A stretch of DNA of 64,000 bases from Octopus vulgaris (Eukaryota): positions 18,972,001 through 19,036,000 of the forward strand of contig OX597823.1 in NCBI GenBank assembly GCA_951406725.2, read 5' to 3'. Below, one piece after another: positions 53,161-64,000 of this stretch (its first letter is position 1; the number at the start of each line of letters is the position of its first letter). Position numbers and translations under genes: made by a program. Under the pieces are notes generated by a model. That model was not told the origin of the DNA and did not search any database. It saw only the letters and a list, made by a program, of their open reading frames with translations.

Positions 53161-53790
53161 AAGGCGGTGAGGTGGCAGAATCGTTAGCACGCCGGGCGAA
53201 ATGCTTAGCGGTATTTCGTCTGCCGTTACGTTGTGAGTTCAAATTCCGCCGAGGTCAACTTTGCCTTTCATCCTTTCGGGGTCGATTAAATATGTACCAG
53301 TTGCGCACTGGGGTCGATATAATCGACTTAATCCGTTTGTCTGTCCTTGTTTCTCCTCTCTGTGTTTAGCCCCTTGTGGGTAGTAAAGAAATAGGTATTT
53401 CGTCTGCCTTTACGTTTTGAGTTCAAATTCCGCCGAGGTCGACTTTGCCTTTCATCCTTTCGGAGACGACAAATTAAGTACCAGTTGCGTGCTGGAGTTG
53501 ATCTAATCGACTGGCCCCCTCCTCAAAAATGTCAGGCTTTATGCCTAGAATAGAAAAGAACATTAACTGAGCAAAGGGCGGTGAACTGGCAGAATCGTTA
53601 GCATGCAGGGCGAAATGCTTAGCGGTATTTCGTCTATCTTTACGTTCCGAGTTCAAATTCCGCTGAGGTCGAGTTTGCCTTTCATCCTTTCGGGGTTCGA
53701 TAAATTAAGTACCAGTTGCGTACTGAGGTCGATCTAATCGACTGGCCCCTCTCCCAAAATTTCGGGATTTGTGCCTAGAGTAGAAAAGAA
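53161..53790 (+). mobile_element. B SINE cluster: B1, truncated B2, B2
   Basis: Units start at 53161, 53394 and ~53575. Confidence 0.9.
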
Positions 53791-54152
53791 TACATGCACC
53801 ATACTTTTGCTTGTCGTTTTAAGAGCTTAGCTTATGTAGTTGCGAGCAGACGCGTGCACCGTCTCGGCTCTCCTTCAACCTTGACCCAGCGAAACATCCA
53901 GGAGGTGACAGCTGGGGGAGAGGTAATCATTTACTGTTGAATAAACTAGATGAACACGAAATGGAACGCCTTGCTCAAGGACACAACGCTTCACCGATTC
54001 CAGAAATTGAACCCACGGTTTTATGATCACGAACCGAACACCCTACAAGTCTTCACAATGAATAACTACTCTGCGTATTATCTTATTTTACATTTCAAAA
54101 TCGAAGCATTTGTTACGATAAAATAATCACTCTCTTCTCTCTCCCCCCTCTC

Positions 54153-54215
<63 letters not shown>

Positions 54216-54216
54216 G

Positions 54217-54252
<36 letters not shown>

Positions 54253-54297
54253 CCTATCTATCTATCTATCTATCTACCTACCTACCTATCTACCTAC

Positions 54298-54340
<43 letters not shown>

Positions 54341-54821
54341 CCTATCTATCTATCTATCTCTGCGTGTGAGGCTTTATATGGTTCAGTCGTTATGTTATAT
54401 TTTAATCGGTTTATCAATTTATATTATGACATCATTATGAGCCCAGCAGGGTTGGCAACCTTCTCACATAGTTGAAACGATCTTCTGTTGAGTTGCTACA
54501 TATTTTTTTTTAATTCTTTCATACATAACGTGTTGTACCAGTTACAATTCAGATATTATCTGCCACATCAGGAACCTTCACATCTCACTTGGTTTAAAGC
54601 TAAACTCCACTTCACTTGGACTTCAAAGAATGAATGTCAAATTTTCTCCCCTGAAAAGGAGTCAAGTCCATCGCAGATCGTTGCTATCTAATTCACCCAT
54701 CTCTTTTTTTTTTTTTTTTTTTGAAACATTTTGTCTAGTGAATGTTTCAAAAAAAGATGGGTGAATGTAGCAAGGATGGCACGTGTGAATGACCGAGCCA
54801 GCTTGAGTATAGTCCTATGGA

Positions 54822-55208
54822 GTGGAGGCGCAATGGCCCAGTGGTTAGGGCAGCGGACTCGCGGTCATAGGATCGCGGTTTCGATTCCCAGACCGGGCGT
54901 TGTGAGTGTTTATTGAGTGAAAACACCTAAAAGCTCCACGAGGCTCCGGCAGGGATGGTGGTGATCCCTGCTGTACTCTTTCACCACAACTTTCTCTCAC
55001 TCTTACTTCCTGTTTCTGTTGTACCTTGTATTTCAAAGGGCCGGCCTTGTCACTCTCTGTGTCACGCTGAATATCCCCGAGAACTACGTTATGGGTGCAC
55101 GTGTCTGTGGAGTGCTCAGCCACTTACACGTTAATTTCACGAGCAGGCTGTTCCGTTGATTCGGATCAACCGGAACCCTCGTCGTCGTAACCGACGGAGT
55201 GCTTCCAC
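54822..55208 (+). mobile_element. SINE C head with tail Y
   Basis: A-box TGGCCCAGTGG and B-box-like GGTTTCGATTCC; TSD ATAGTCCTATG at 54809 and 55209. Confidence 0.93.
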
Positions 55209-55309
55209 ATAGTCCTATGAACCAAAAGAAAAAAAAAAAGAGAAACAAAAGGAAAAAAGAGAGCCACTTACTGTAATGTGTTTTCTTTTTACTTGACACT
55301 ATTGCCCAA

Positions 55310-55680
55310 GGTTCCCGTGGTCTTTTCCGTAGGCTTTTCTATCCACGGACAAACCTAATCTGTTTTCCCTTTTTGCATTGACATTTCTGTGATACACGAT
55401 CCCTATTGATCAGCTCCACATTTTTTTTAACGATCCCTTTTGATCGGAATTCTACCCACCTTCTTTTCCCGATCCCTTTTGATCGGAATTCACCACCCTC
55501 CCTTTTTTCCCGATCCCTTTTGATCGGAATTCCACCCCACCCCCTTTTTTCCCGATCCCTTTTGATCGGAATTCACCACCCTCCCTTTTACCCCTTCTCT
55601 TATTCCCAGAAAGAAAAGCTCTACTTTGTATTTTGTCCCTTCTATGTTTAGCCCTGCGTGGCCAATAAAGAAATCTATCT
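55310..55680 (+). mobile_element. LINE-like 3' UTR (family G) containing a ~40-bp hairpin minisatellite
   Basis: Four CGATCCCTTTTGATCGGAATTC units (55431, 55470, 55511, 55553), then the tail ...GTTTAGCCCTGCGTGGCCAATAAAGAAATCTATC. Confidence 0.65.
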
Positions 55681-55794
55681 GGTCCCAAGTCAACTCAGAT
55701 CATTCACATTAAAAGTATTCCATCCTTGGCCGTTCGGGGTTTTTTCTTTTATTATACATACATACATACATTCATACATGCATACATACATACA

Positions 55795-55827
<33 letters not shown>

Positions 55828-56179
55828 TCATACATGCATACATGCATACATGCATACATACATACATAAATTCATACATACATACATTCATATATACATA
55901 CATACATTCATGCATACATACATACATACCTACATACATACATACATACATGCATACATGCATACATACATACATACATGCATACATACATACATACATA
56001 CATACATACATACATACATACATACATACATACACACACACCCGCGTGCATGCACACACTCGTACACACACATACACAGAAGGCCAAAGGTCACTCACAA
56101 AATAAGTTCAATACGCTCCGGAATTGTCAGACATACTTCAATTTTTTTCTAAAATTGAATAAACTATCCAAAAGCAACG

Positions 56180-56390
56180 AAGAAGCAGAATCATTAGTAC
56201 ACGGGACAAAAGTCTTAGCGACATTTCTTCCGGCTCTTTACGTTTTGTGTTCAAATCCTGCCGAGGTCGACTTTACCTTTCATCCTTTTGGGGTCGATAA
56301 AGCAAGTACCAGTTGAGCGTTGGAGTCGATGTAATCGACTTGTACCCTCCCCCAAAATTATTGGCCTTGTGCTAAAATTTGAAACCATTT
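56180..56390 (+). mobile_element. Older diverged B2-type SINE
   Basis: GCCGAGGTCGACTTTACCTTTCATCCTTTTGGGGTCGATAAA...GGCCTTGTGCTAAAATTTGAAA. Confidence 0.75.
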
Positions 56391-56538
56391 CGTCTTATAC
56401 ATGGAAGATGTACGTAATATCGGACAGGATTCGAACTAACAACCATTATTTCTAACCCGAGGGTAATACCATTCTCATCCACAGACAACCGACAAATGGA
56501 GGAAATTCGATTATGAATGTTTAGGCAATTAAATTTCC

Positions 56539-56827
56539 ATTATTTACATTTGACGGATATTTGTCCTCATCTTGTTTGTTGTTAACACAACGTTTCGGCT
56601 GATATACCCTCCAGCCTTCTTCAGGTTCTTGGGGAGATTTCGAACCTGGGTTCTCATTCCTAAGGTATTTTTCGATGTTGTTGTTGTTGTTGTTTAGGTC
56701 ACTGCTTGGAATCGAACTCGGAATCTTGGGGTTACTAGCCCGCGCTCTTAACCACTACGGCATGTCCATCGAATGTAAATAATGTAAATAATGTACATAA
56801 TTCCTCATCTCTTAAAATATAGAACTG
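56539..56827 (-). mobile_element. tRNA-headed, hammerhead-bearing element with inverted 5' part and 12-bp TSD
   Basis: TSD AATTAAATTTCC (56527, 56828). The minus strand carries A/B boxes at 56762-56705 and a hammerhead at 56630-56584. Confidence 0.8.
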
Positions 56828-56852
56828 AATTAAATTTCCGTTTCGAAATTTA

Positions 56853-57018
56853 AGGCGCAGGCGTAGCTGTGTGGTAAGAAACTTACTTCCCAACTTCATG
56901 GTTACGGGTTCGGTTCCATTGCATGGCACCTTTGGCAAGTGTCTTCTACTATGACCTCGGGCCGACCAAAGCTGTCAGTGGATTTGGTAGACGGAAACTA
57001 AAAGAATCCCGTTGTATA

Positions 57019-57055
<37 letters not shown>

Positions 57056-57222
57056 ACCATCGCTTGACAACCGATGTCGGTGTATTTACGTCCCCGTAAC
57101 TTAGCGGTTCGACAAAAAAGACCGATAGAATAAGTACTAGGCTTACAAAGAATAAGTCCTGAGGTTGGACGGTACTCCAGCATGGCCGCAGTCAAATGAC
57201 TGAAACAATTAAAAGAATAAAA
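56853..57222 (+). mobile_element. SINE A
   Basis: GGCGCAGGCGTAGCTGTGTGGTAAG ... CAGCATGGCCGCAGTCAAATGACTGAAACAATTAAAAGAATAAAA. Confidence 0.88.
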
Positions 57223-57223
57223 G

Positions 57224-57301
<78 letters not shown>

Positions 57302-57304
57302 TTA

Positions 57305-57535
57305 ATATATACATCAACATTACGTTTCGCTCAGTTTGCTCTCCCGTCATCATCAGGTGTCTTATTCCTGGATGGTAACATGCATCGGTGGCCTAGTGAA
57401 TAAGAGTGTTATTATCCTTAGTTTACATGAAAAGATACCTAGTTCCAATCCAGTTCACTACTTTGTACACTTGCAGATATATAATATTTAATGACGGCCG
57501 GAGATCAAATTGATCGTAACGTAATATAGGAGTAA
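57305..57535. mobile_element. Second tRNA-like/hammerhead-like element (inverted hammerhead, tRNA-like head, degenerate hammerhead)
   Basis: Minus 57360-57317 reads ACAC-CTGATGA-T...GAAACGT-A-ATGT. The plus strand has A-box TGGCCTAGTG, B-box-like AGTTCCAATCC and a degenerate copy at 57488-57527. Confidence 0.5.
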
Positions 57536-57541
57536 ATAGTA

Positions 57542-58080
57542 TTGGGTTGTCCGGAAAGTTCGTGCCGATTTTTAAAGGAAAGAAAAAGGTCAGTAAATAC
57601 TTGCTATTACATTTTTAATCAACCAAATATGAACCATTTTATTGCACAATGCGTCTCCATCTTTCCTTTAACTTGAAAATACCCTCTTCCCAGAACTGAG
57701 GTGGTTTCATGGCAAAGAATTCATCAAGGTATCTTTTTATGTCATCCAAGGAATTAAAATTTTTATCATTAAGACTATTCTACAGAGACCTGAATAAGTG
57801 GGAGTTCGAAGGAGCAACATCTGGTGAATATGGAGAGTGGGGTAATACATCCCAGCCGGGCTGCAGCAATTTTTGTCTGGTTCCCAAAGCATCAAGTGCC
57901 GAAAATGAACTTTCTTATCTTCCATTTTAAAGGGTTACAGAATTAACACAGGTTACAGGAACATAAACCTTCTTCCAGGAAAATATAGCTTAAACTGTGC
58001 TCTAAATGGAGGTGTAGTCAAATCCTATTTCATGGACTCAACCATGTTCTAAAATAAGTCGAAAGGTAAGCTACTATTAC
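57542..58080 (-). mobile_element. Internally deleted mariner remnant
   Basis: TIR TA|TTGGGTTGTCCGGAAAGTTCGTGCCGATTT. The minus strand reads HSPYSPDVAPSNSHLFRSL and KLKERWRRIVQ.NGSY. Confidence 0.75.
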
Positions 58081-58299
58081 AGTGTTGATGTAAATATCAA
58101 GACGTGCTTCATTTCTAAAAATATTAATATTTGTCCGATAACAAGTTTCCTTGGGATTTAGTTTTTTCCTTAATAATAGTTTTTTGTAAATTGATGTAAA
58201 ATATATGTAGTTTGAAGGTTCTTCTGTTACTCAAGTAAACAGAAGATTGATTAAATACAAGAACTTGAAAAAACTACTGGATGTTAGTCTTAGCGAAAA

Positions 58300-58676
58300 C
58301 TAGCAGTATCGCCCGGCGTTGCTCGGGTTTGTTTCGACCCTTTAGAATTGGAATTTTTGAAAAGTAAATTGTGCATTATGTAGCTTGTTATTCTCTTTAA
58401 GTGAACATTTTTCTGTTTGAAATACACCAAAAAATGGCGACACAGCAGTAAAAAAATCGTAAAAAATAGGGATTTTTTTCATAGAAAAAAAGTACCTTTT
58501 TGATGTAAATATTAGTCCGATTTGAATTTTTTTTCTTGTACGGAATGAAGAGCAGACCTTCTATCATACTCTCAATTTTGGTCAACTTCTGCCGCAGGGT
58601 CTTGGGGGAGATGGCGTTAGTTGAAGGCTACCGAACCTGCCATACACAGACAACTTCAGTTTTATATAGAGAGAGA
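58300..58676 (-). mobile_element. Non-autonomous Helitron
   Basis: Same 3' terminus as 31457-31969 and 33803-34185. Confidence 0.85.
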
Positions 58677-59120
58677 TTAGTCTAATAGAATGGATTTTTG
58701 CGTGAAGTGAGGTGAGAATTCTATCATCCTGCAAGAAATCTATTTACAATGATAATAATTACAAGGGAGGTTACTATTCACACACGTATAGATATGATAG
58801 TATGAATTACTTCCCTTAGATCAAATCTGTTAAATCTCGTCCAAAAATGGAAGCAAATTTATATGCAACGAAGAATTAATGTTGAGCAACTTTGAGAAAG
58901 CCATCGACATCATAACTAAATATGAATTGGCACCAAACAAGAAATGAAATTGTGAGACTTGCAGGGAAATTCTTAATAGCCAAAATTATTATATTTTATT
59001 TTCTTCACCATTATATTTTTACGAATATCAAAATGAGTTTTTGTGACTTACAAAGCACAAAAGACATCTCTTTTCGTTCTTTCAAAAGTTTTTTAAAGTT
59101 TATTCACTTTTTGAATATTT

Positions 59121-59549
59121 GGATCTTTTCGGTTTGAACGGCAGTTTTTTCTAGCGGTGTCATATGAAATTGTCACCCATAATTATGACCCTAGTATCGA
59201 TCTATTGCATTTCAATCTGTTTTAGGGTTAGGGTTGGTTAGGGTTAGGGGTGGGAGAAGGGTATCTTTTTTTCTTCACAAATGTAAACAAACTCAATCTG
59301 TTTCTTAAACGAGTGACATATTCATACGGCACAGAATGTTTTGTTTACCTCAATGGACGTCATTGATTGGTTGAAATTGCAGAAATTGAAGAAAAAAAAA
59401 CAACAAATATCTTACAAACTATAGAATTTTCTCAAGAAAGCCAAGAGAAAAAAATGTTTTATAAACACATTCTACCAGTATACGAAGTTTAAATTTTTTT
59501 AGTTACCTAGAAATTATATTAAAAACTGCCGTTCAAACCGAAAAGATCC
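59121..59549. mobile_element. Second copy of the TTAGGG-containing Merlin-like MITE
   Basis: Same TIRs; TSD GAATATTT at 59113 and 59550. Confidence 0.9.
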
Positions 59550-60019
59550 GAATATTTTATAGTTTATTGACTTTTTGAATATTTTATAGTTTATTCGCTT
59601 TTTGAAGCGAATGTTAGTGAGGCAACAGAAAATCATAATTCATAGGTTGATAAATCGAATCTGTTAGAAAGAAGAGGAGATATCAGTGCATATCACTTGA
59701 TTATAAATTACTTCAGGATAGATTCGAAGCTTTTCGTCGAGAAGTTATCTGCGATAGAGTGGCGTTCTATCCCGGAAACTGATAGATTAATCTCTCATCC
59801 AAACACCAGCCGCAGGGTTTTGTGTAAGAATTGGTTTTGAAATTTTGACACAAGGCCAGCGATGTGACAAAAAAAGAAATAATAAAAAATAATGATGATT
59901 ATGGTCATGGCTGGAATGCCTTTGATTATAGGTCTGCTGGGTCAGGTCTGACCAGTAGCACAAGGACAAGGGTAAAACTCGTTCATGAATACTCGAGCAA
60001 CAGTGACAGAAGCAGAAAT

Positions 60020-60099
<80 letters not shown>

Positions 60100-60562
60100 T
60101 CACTACTACTACTGCTGCTGCTACTACTACTATGATCACCGTCTTTCCCACGTAATCCCACCATAATCATCACCACCACCACCACCACTATCACAAATAT
60201 AAATAGATTAAAGCCCTAATCGCAAAAAACTCATAATCAAGGGTATTCAAGTCATAACCAACCCTTTTTTGTTTAATTTCATATTTTTTTATTTTTCATT
60301 TATTTATCCATGGGTTCTTTACCAATACAACATGGTTCGATTTTAGTAACATCTGGCTGCTATTTTTACCATGTCGACTGACCATGCAGATGTTCTCTGA
60401 TTGGGCTGTATGACTTCTATTACAAATCTATTCACCTCTGGGTTACTTTACACAAATATCAAATCCACCCTAATATTGGTCTGATCCTTTAGTCTATCAA
60501 ACCGTCTGCAAGGATAGCAAAGTTGGCGACGAACCGGCGTCCCGTGCAGTAGAGGAATATAG

Positions 60563-60943
60563 TGGAGGCGCAATGGCCCAGTGGTTAGGGCAGCGGACTC
60601 GCGGTCATAGGATCGCGGTTTCGATTCCCAGACCGGGCGTTGTGAGTGTTTATTGAGCGAAAACACCTAAAGCTCCACGAGGCTCCGGCAGGGATGGCGG
60701 TGATCCCTGCTGTACTCTTTCACCACAACTTTCTCTCACTCTTACTTCCTGTTTCTGTTGTACCTAGAAATTCAAAGGGCCGGCCTTGTCACTCTCTGTG
60801 TCACGCTGAATATCCCCGAGAACTACGTTAAGGGTGCACGTGTCTGTGGGTGCTCAGCCACTTACACGTTAATTTCACGAGCAGGCTGTTCCGTTGATTC
60901 GGATCAACCGGAACCCTCATCGTCGTAACCGACGGAGTGCTTC
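60563..60943 (+). mobile_element. SINE C head with tail Y
   Basis: TSD TAGAGGAATATAG at 60550 and 60944. Confidence 0.93.
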
Positions 60944-61791
60944 TAGAGGAATATAGGATCTTTTCCTTTTGGAATATATACACCACAGGGCGTATATATT
61001 CCCGGAAACCGGCTTTATGAGCTTATGACTCAGGAAAGACATTAGATCCTTTTGGTACGTCTGCGGAGTACTGAACCACTGATACGTTAATTCAGGGGCA
61101 GGTAATTCAGACGACTGACCAACTGAATCCTCATCATCGATTGATGGAGATCTGCTTCCACAGTTCCATTCACACAAGAATAAAAAAGCTACACGAGATA
61201 AGTCTAGCGGCTTATTCAAGAAGAGATATCTCCCTTACACTTAATTTTGGGAATAAGTAGAGACGATGCTTTATATTTATTTAGGAAAGGATTAATTTAG
61301 CTAGCTTATGGCAGCGTATTGTACTAACTAACGTGTGACACGAGGAATTCTCTATGTGATTGCTATACATAGTAGCCAAATATTCCTCAAATCAAATCGG
61401 GGCCCTATATGTGGTTGCTCAACCTGCATGACATAACAGACAAAACCTTTCAAATCATAGCTCCACTGTCTTATAAGATATACAGAAATTAATCGAGATG
61501 GTATGGGTACCACACCGATGAATCGGTATGAATTTATTCTATTGGTATCGACACAGCATAGTGTTAGGGAATTGACGAAAACACCGGCTCCGCATTGGCT
61601 CCGCTTGCTAAAACTACTCAACAACAAAAATGGACATTATAGAAGGGAGGCGATCCAAGCTACCTTTTAATGAGAATTGCTTGCCTTGAATAAATTATGG
61701 ATCTACCTTTTGACCGGCAGATCGAGAAATTATAAATTATTCCTTTCGTGTAGTTGGCTTTGGGAAAATCGTATGTTATAGAAAACAAGAA

Positions 61792-62244
61792 GGCGATCTT
61801 TCGTCTCTAGTAGACCTTTCCATCGATTTCCGTAAAAAACTTCTTTTTTTTTATATATGGGCTTGCGGGAACTTTTGAAGTAATGGGAGCGAAAGAGACT
61901 AAGAGAAAGCGATTGTATGACGAGGGAAGTTCTTTTGAAGTTACCGTGCATGGGAGCATTGATGTATATGTGTGTGTGTATGTGTGTGTTTGATGGGGTG
62001 TGGGAGACAGACAGTATGTTGTGTAAGTGAACTGCTTCTGTTAGTGTGTGTGAAGAGACAGAGTAATGTGTGAAAGAGAGAGATAACTGAAATTTTTTAC
62101 TCGGTGTATGTGTATATGTATACAATCGCTTTCTCTTAGTATCTTTCGCTCTCATTACTTCAAAAGTTCCCGCAAGCCCATATGTAAAAAAAAAAGTTTT
62201 TTACGGAAATCGACGGAAAGGTCTACTAGAGACGAAAGATCGCC
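61792..62244. mobile_element. MITE with ~125-bp GG-start TIRs and 8-bp TSD; Merlin- or MULE-like
   Basis: GGCGATCTTTCGTCTCTAGTAGACC ... GGTCTACTAGAGACGAAAGATCGCC; TSD AACAAGAA at 61784 and 62245. Confidence 0.88.
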
Positions 62245-62454
62245 AACAAGAATTAATTATAAAAATTAAATGATTGAAAAGATAAGTAATAACAGACGAT
62301 CTACTCATAGATAGTATATTATTACTTATTATGCTTCTAAACGCTGCCTTTCATCTTTTCGGAATCAATAGAGTGTCGGGGCTTCGATTAACTCCCCGCA
62401 ATCAGCACCAACATCACCAAATAGCTGATCTGGAGCTTTTATTAGAAATAATGT

Positions 62455-62755
62455 TTGTTCCTTCTCGAGCCATGCCTAGCTCAAAAGGGCCTGTTTCCCG
62501 GTTTCCTTGGCGTATAGGTTCCCCACCTGAACGGGACGCCGGTCCGTCGCAGGTGAGCTGCAAGATGCAGGAGGAAAGAGTGAGAGAAAGCTGTGGTGAA
62601 AGAGTCAGCAGATGTTCGCCATTACCTTCTGCCGAAGCCGCGTGGAGCTTAGGTGTTTCGCTCATAAATACACACATCACCCGGTCTGAGATTCGAACCC
62701 GCGATCCCTCGACCGCGAGTCCGCTGCTCTAACCACTAGGCCATGTGCCTCCATT
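62455..62755 (-). mobile_element. SINE C' head with tail Z
   Basis: The minus strand reads GGAGGCACATGGCCTAGTGGTTAGAGC..GGGTTCGAATC..GCGACGGACCGGCGTCCCG..GAAACCGGGAAAC. Confidence 0.88.
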
Positions 62756-63489
62756 AGAAATAATAATAAGCAGGAAAATGGCAGAAACCGTTAGAGCGAT
62801 ATTTATTCCTGCTCTTGGTACTCAAAATTCATTTCGCCGATGTAAACTTTTCCGTTCAGAGCTATGATCTGGCCGTATCGTTAGAGGCGTCGAACGAGGT
62901 ACTTTGCAATATTTGATCTGAGTTCTTGGGTGGTAGACTTAATCAGTTTCCTGGTTTAAATCTATTGCCTGCTTCTTGGGTATTTCTAGCAGAATACATT
63001 CTGAAGTAAGAATTCGGACCATGTCTCTGGTTTCAGGATAACTTTCTTTAACCGATCAGTCTCGGAGACCCTGAAAAACATAAAATCTACTAAACAGTAG
63101 ATGATGATGAGGATAAGGAGGAGGTGGAGGAGGAGGGGTGTGGTGAAGGAGGAAGGGAGGTGTGGTAGAGGAGGAGGGAGGTGTGGTGGAGGAAGAGGGG
63201 AGGTGTGGTGTAGGAGGAGGGGAGGTGTGATAGAGGAGGAGGGGAGGTGTGGTGGAGGAGGAGGGAGGTGTGGTGGAGGAGGAGGGGAGGTGTGCTGGAG
63301 GAGATGGGGAGGTGTAGTGGAGGAGGAGGGGAAGTGTGGTGGAGGTGGAGGAGGAGGATTATCATCATCATCATCATCGTCGTCATCGTCATCATTATTA
63401 TCATCCTGACGATAAGGACAACAACAACAACAATAATAATTCGGTATGTTGTCTACCATGTTGTCAAACAGTATAGCCAGGGTTATCAA

Positions 63490-64000
63490 CCTTAAACGTT
63501 CAGTTTGTAAAGGAAACCAATTTTTCCATTATACGGACATTAACAACAAATTAAACTGCAAGCTGAGCCTGAGTTAGATCTTAGATATTTTTCTTTGTCA
63601 TGGATACACCCATGACCACAGCAGTGACTCTAACAGGAAAATCTAAAAATACAATAACTGAGTGGTACAATGTGTGCCGCGAAGTGTGTGGAGCCATAGT
63701 TCATTATGATTGACGAAGCAAGATTTGCTGGACAACGAAAATACAATTGACGAAGAATGGTGAATGGCGACAACACTCCCCTCTTTGAAGACAGTAATGT
63801 AGAACAACGAAACAATAGGAACCATGGACATAGAATTGATCGGCCATGGGTTTTTGGTCTCAAACAAGGCTCAGACTGTTGATACAATTGTGTGGAACGG
63901 CGTGACGGGAACAGTCTGATCCTAATTATTGAAAGCGAATGTGAAAAAGGTTTGTAGTAGATCTTGCAAGCATGAAGTGGATTCAATCCACCATAGCCAA
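63490..64000 (+). pseudogene. Merlin (IS1016/ISXO2-like) transposase pseudogene, running off the window
   Basis: Plus-strand fragments FFHYTDINNKLNCKLSL, TITEWYNVCREVC, IDEARFAGQRKYN*R, PWVFG and VERRDGNSLILII match the Merlin pattern IDES.F..RKYNRGR / WVFG / VERRD..TL.PII. Stops and frameshifts are present. Confidence 0.8.

Noticed and set aside
54822-54900. tRNA genes at SINE heads (also other C, D, A and B copies)
   Set aside because: A/B boxes are present but the cloverleafs are incomplete and the heads run into SINE bodies with TSDs.
55397-55590. CRISPR-like array (22-bp palindromic repeat with variable spacers)
   Set aside because: The spacers are only ~17-20 bp, pyrimidine-rich and similar to each other. 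There are no cas genes and the context is eukaryotic, so it is a minisatellite in a LINE-like UTR.
62986-63489. Proline-rich or extensin-like protein ORF
   Set aside because: It derives from a degenerate GGAGGTGTGGTGGAGGA minisatellite plus trinucleotide repeats.

Overview
AT-rich eukaryotic non-genic (intergenic or deep intronic) DNA made up almost entirely of microsatellites and transposon debris. The SINE repertoire and repeat density point to a cephalopod, probably Octopus (inference). I could not support any host protein-coding exon; nearly all listed ORFs are microsatellite read-through. Content: (1) several tRNA-headed SINE families, labelled here A (internal microsatellite, CR1-type tail), B1/B2 (Nin/Deu-like domain, two alternative tails) and C/C'/D (heads that swap three tails); (2) decayed LINEs (CR1, R4/Dong, RTE) and Penelope-like elements (PLEs); (3) DNA transposons: a full-length DD34D mariner pseudogene, a MULE, a Merlin transposase remnant with three GG-ended 8-bp-TSD MITEs, and Helitrons; (4) an intron-containing tRNA-Lys(UUU). 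Best leads: six small elements carrying minimal type-I hammerhead ribozyme motifs, two with covarying 3-8 core pairs and two fused to tRNA-derived Pol III heads with inverted 5' ends; a SINE that repeatedly abuts the same site of its own family; and the Lys-UUU tRNA intron. All alignments and folds were done by eye.
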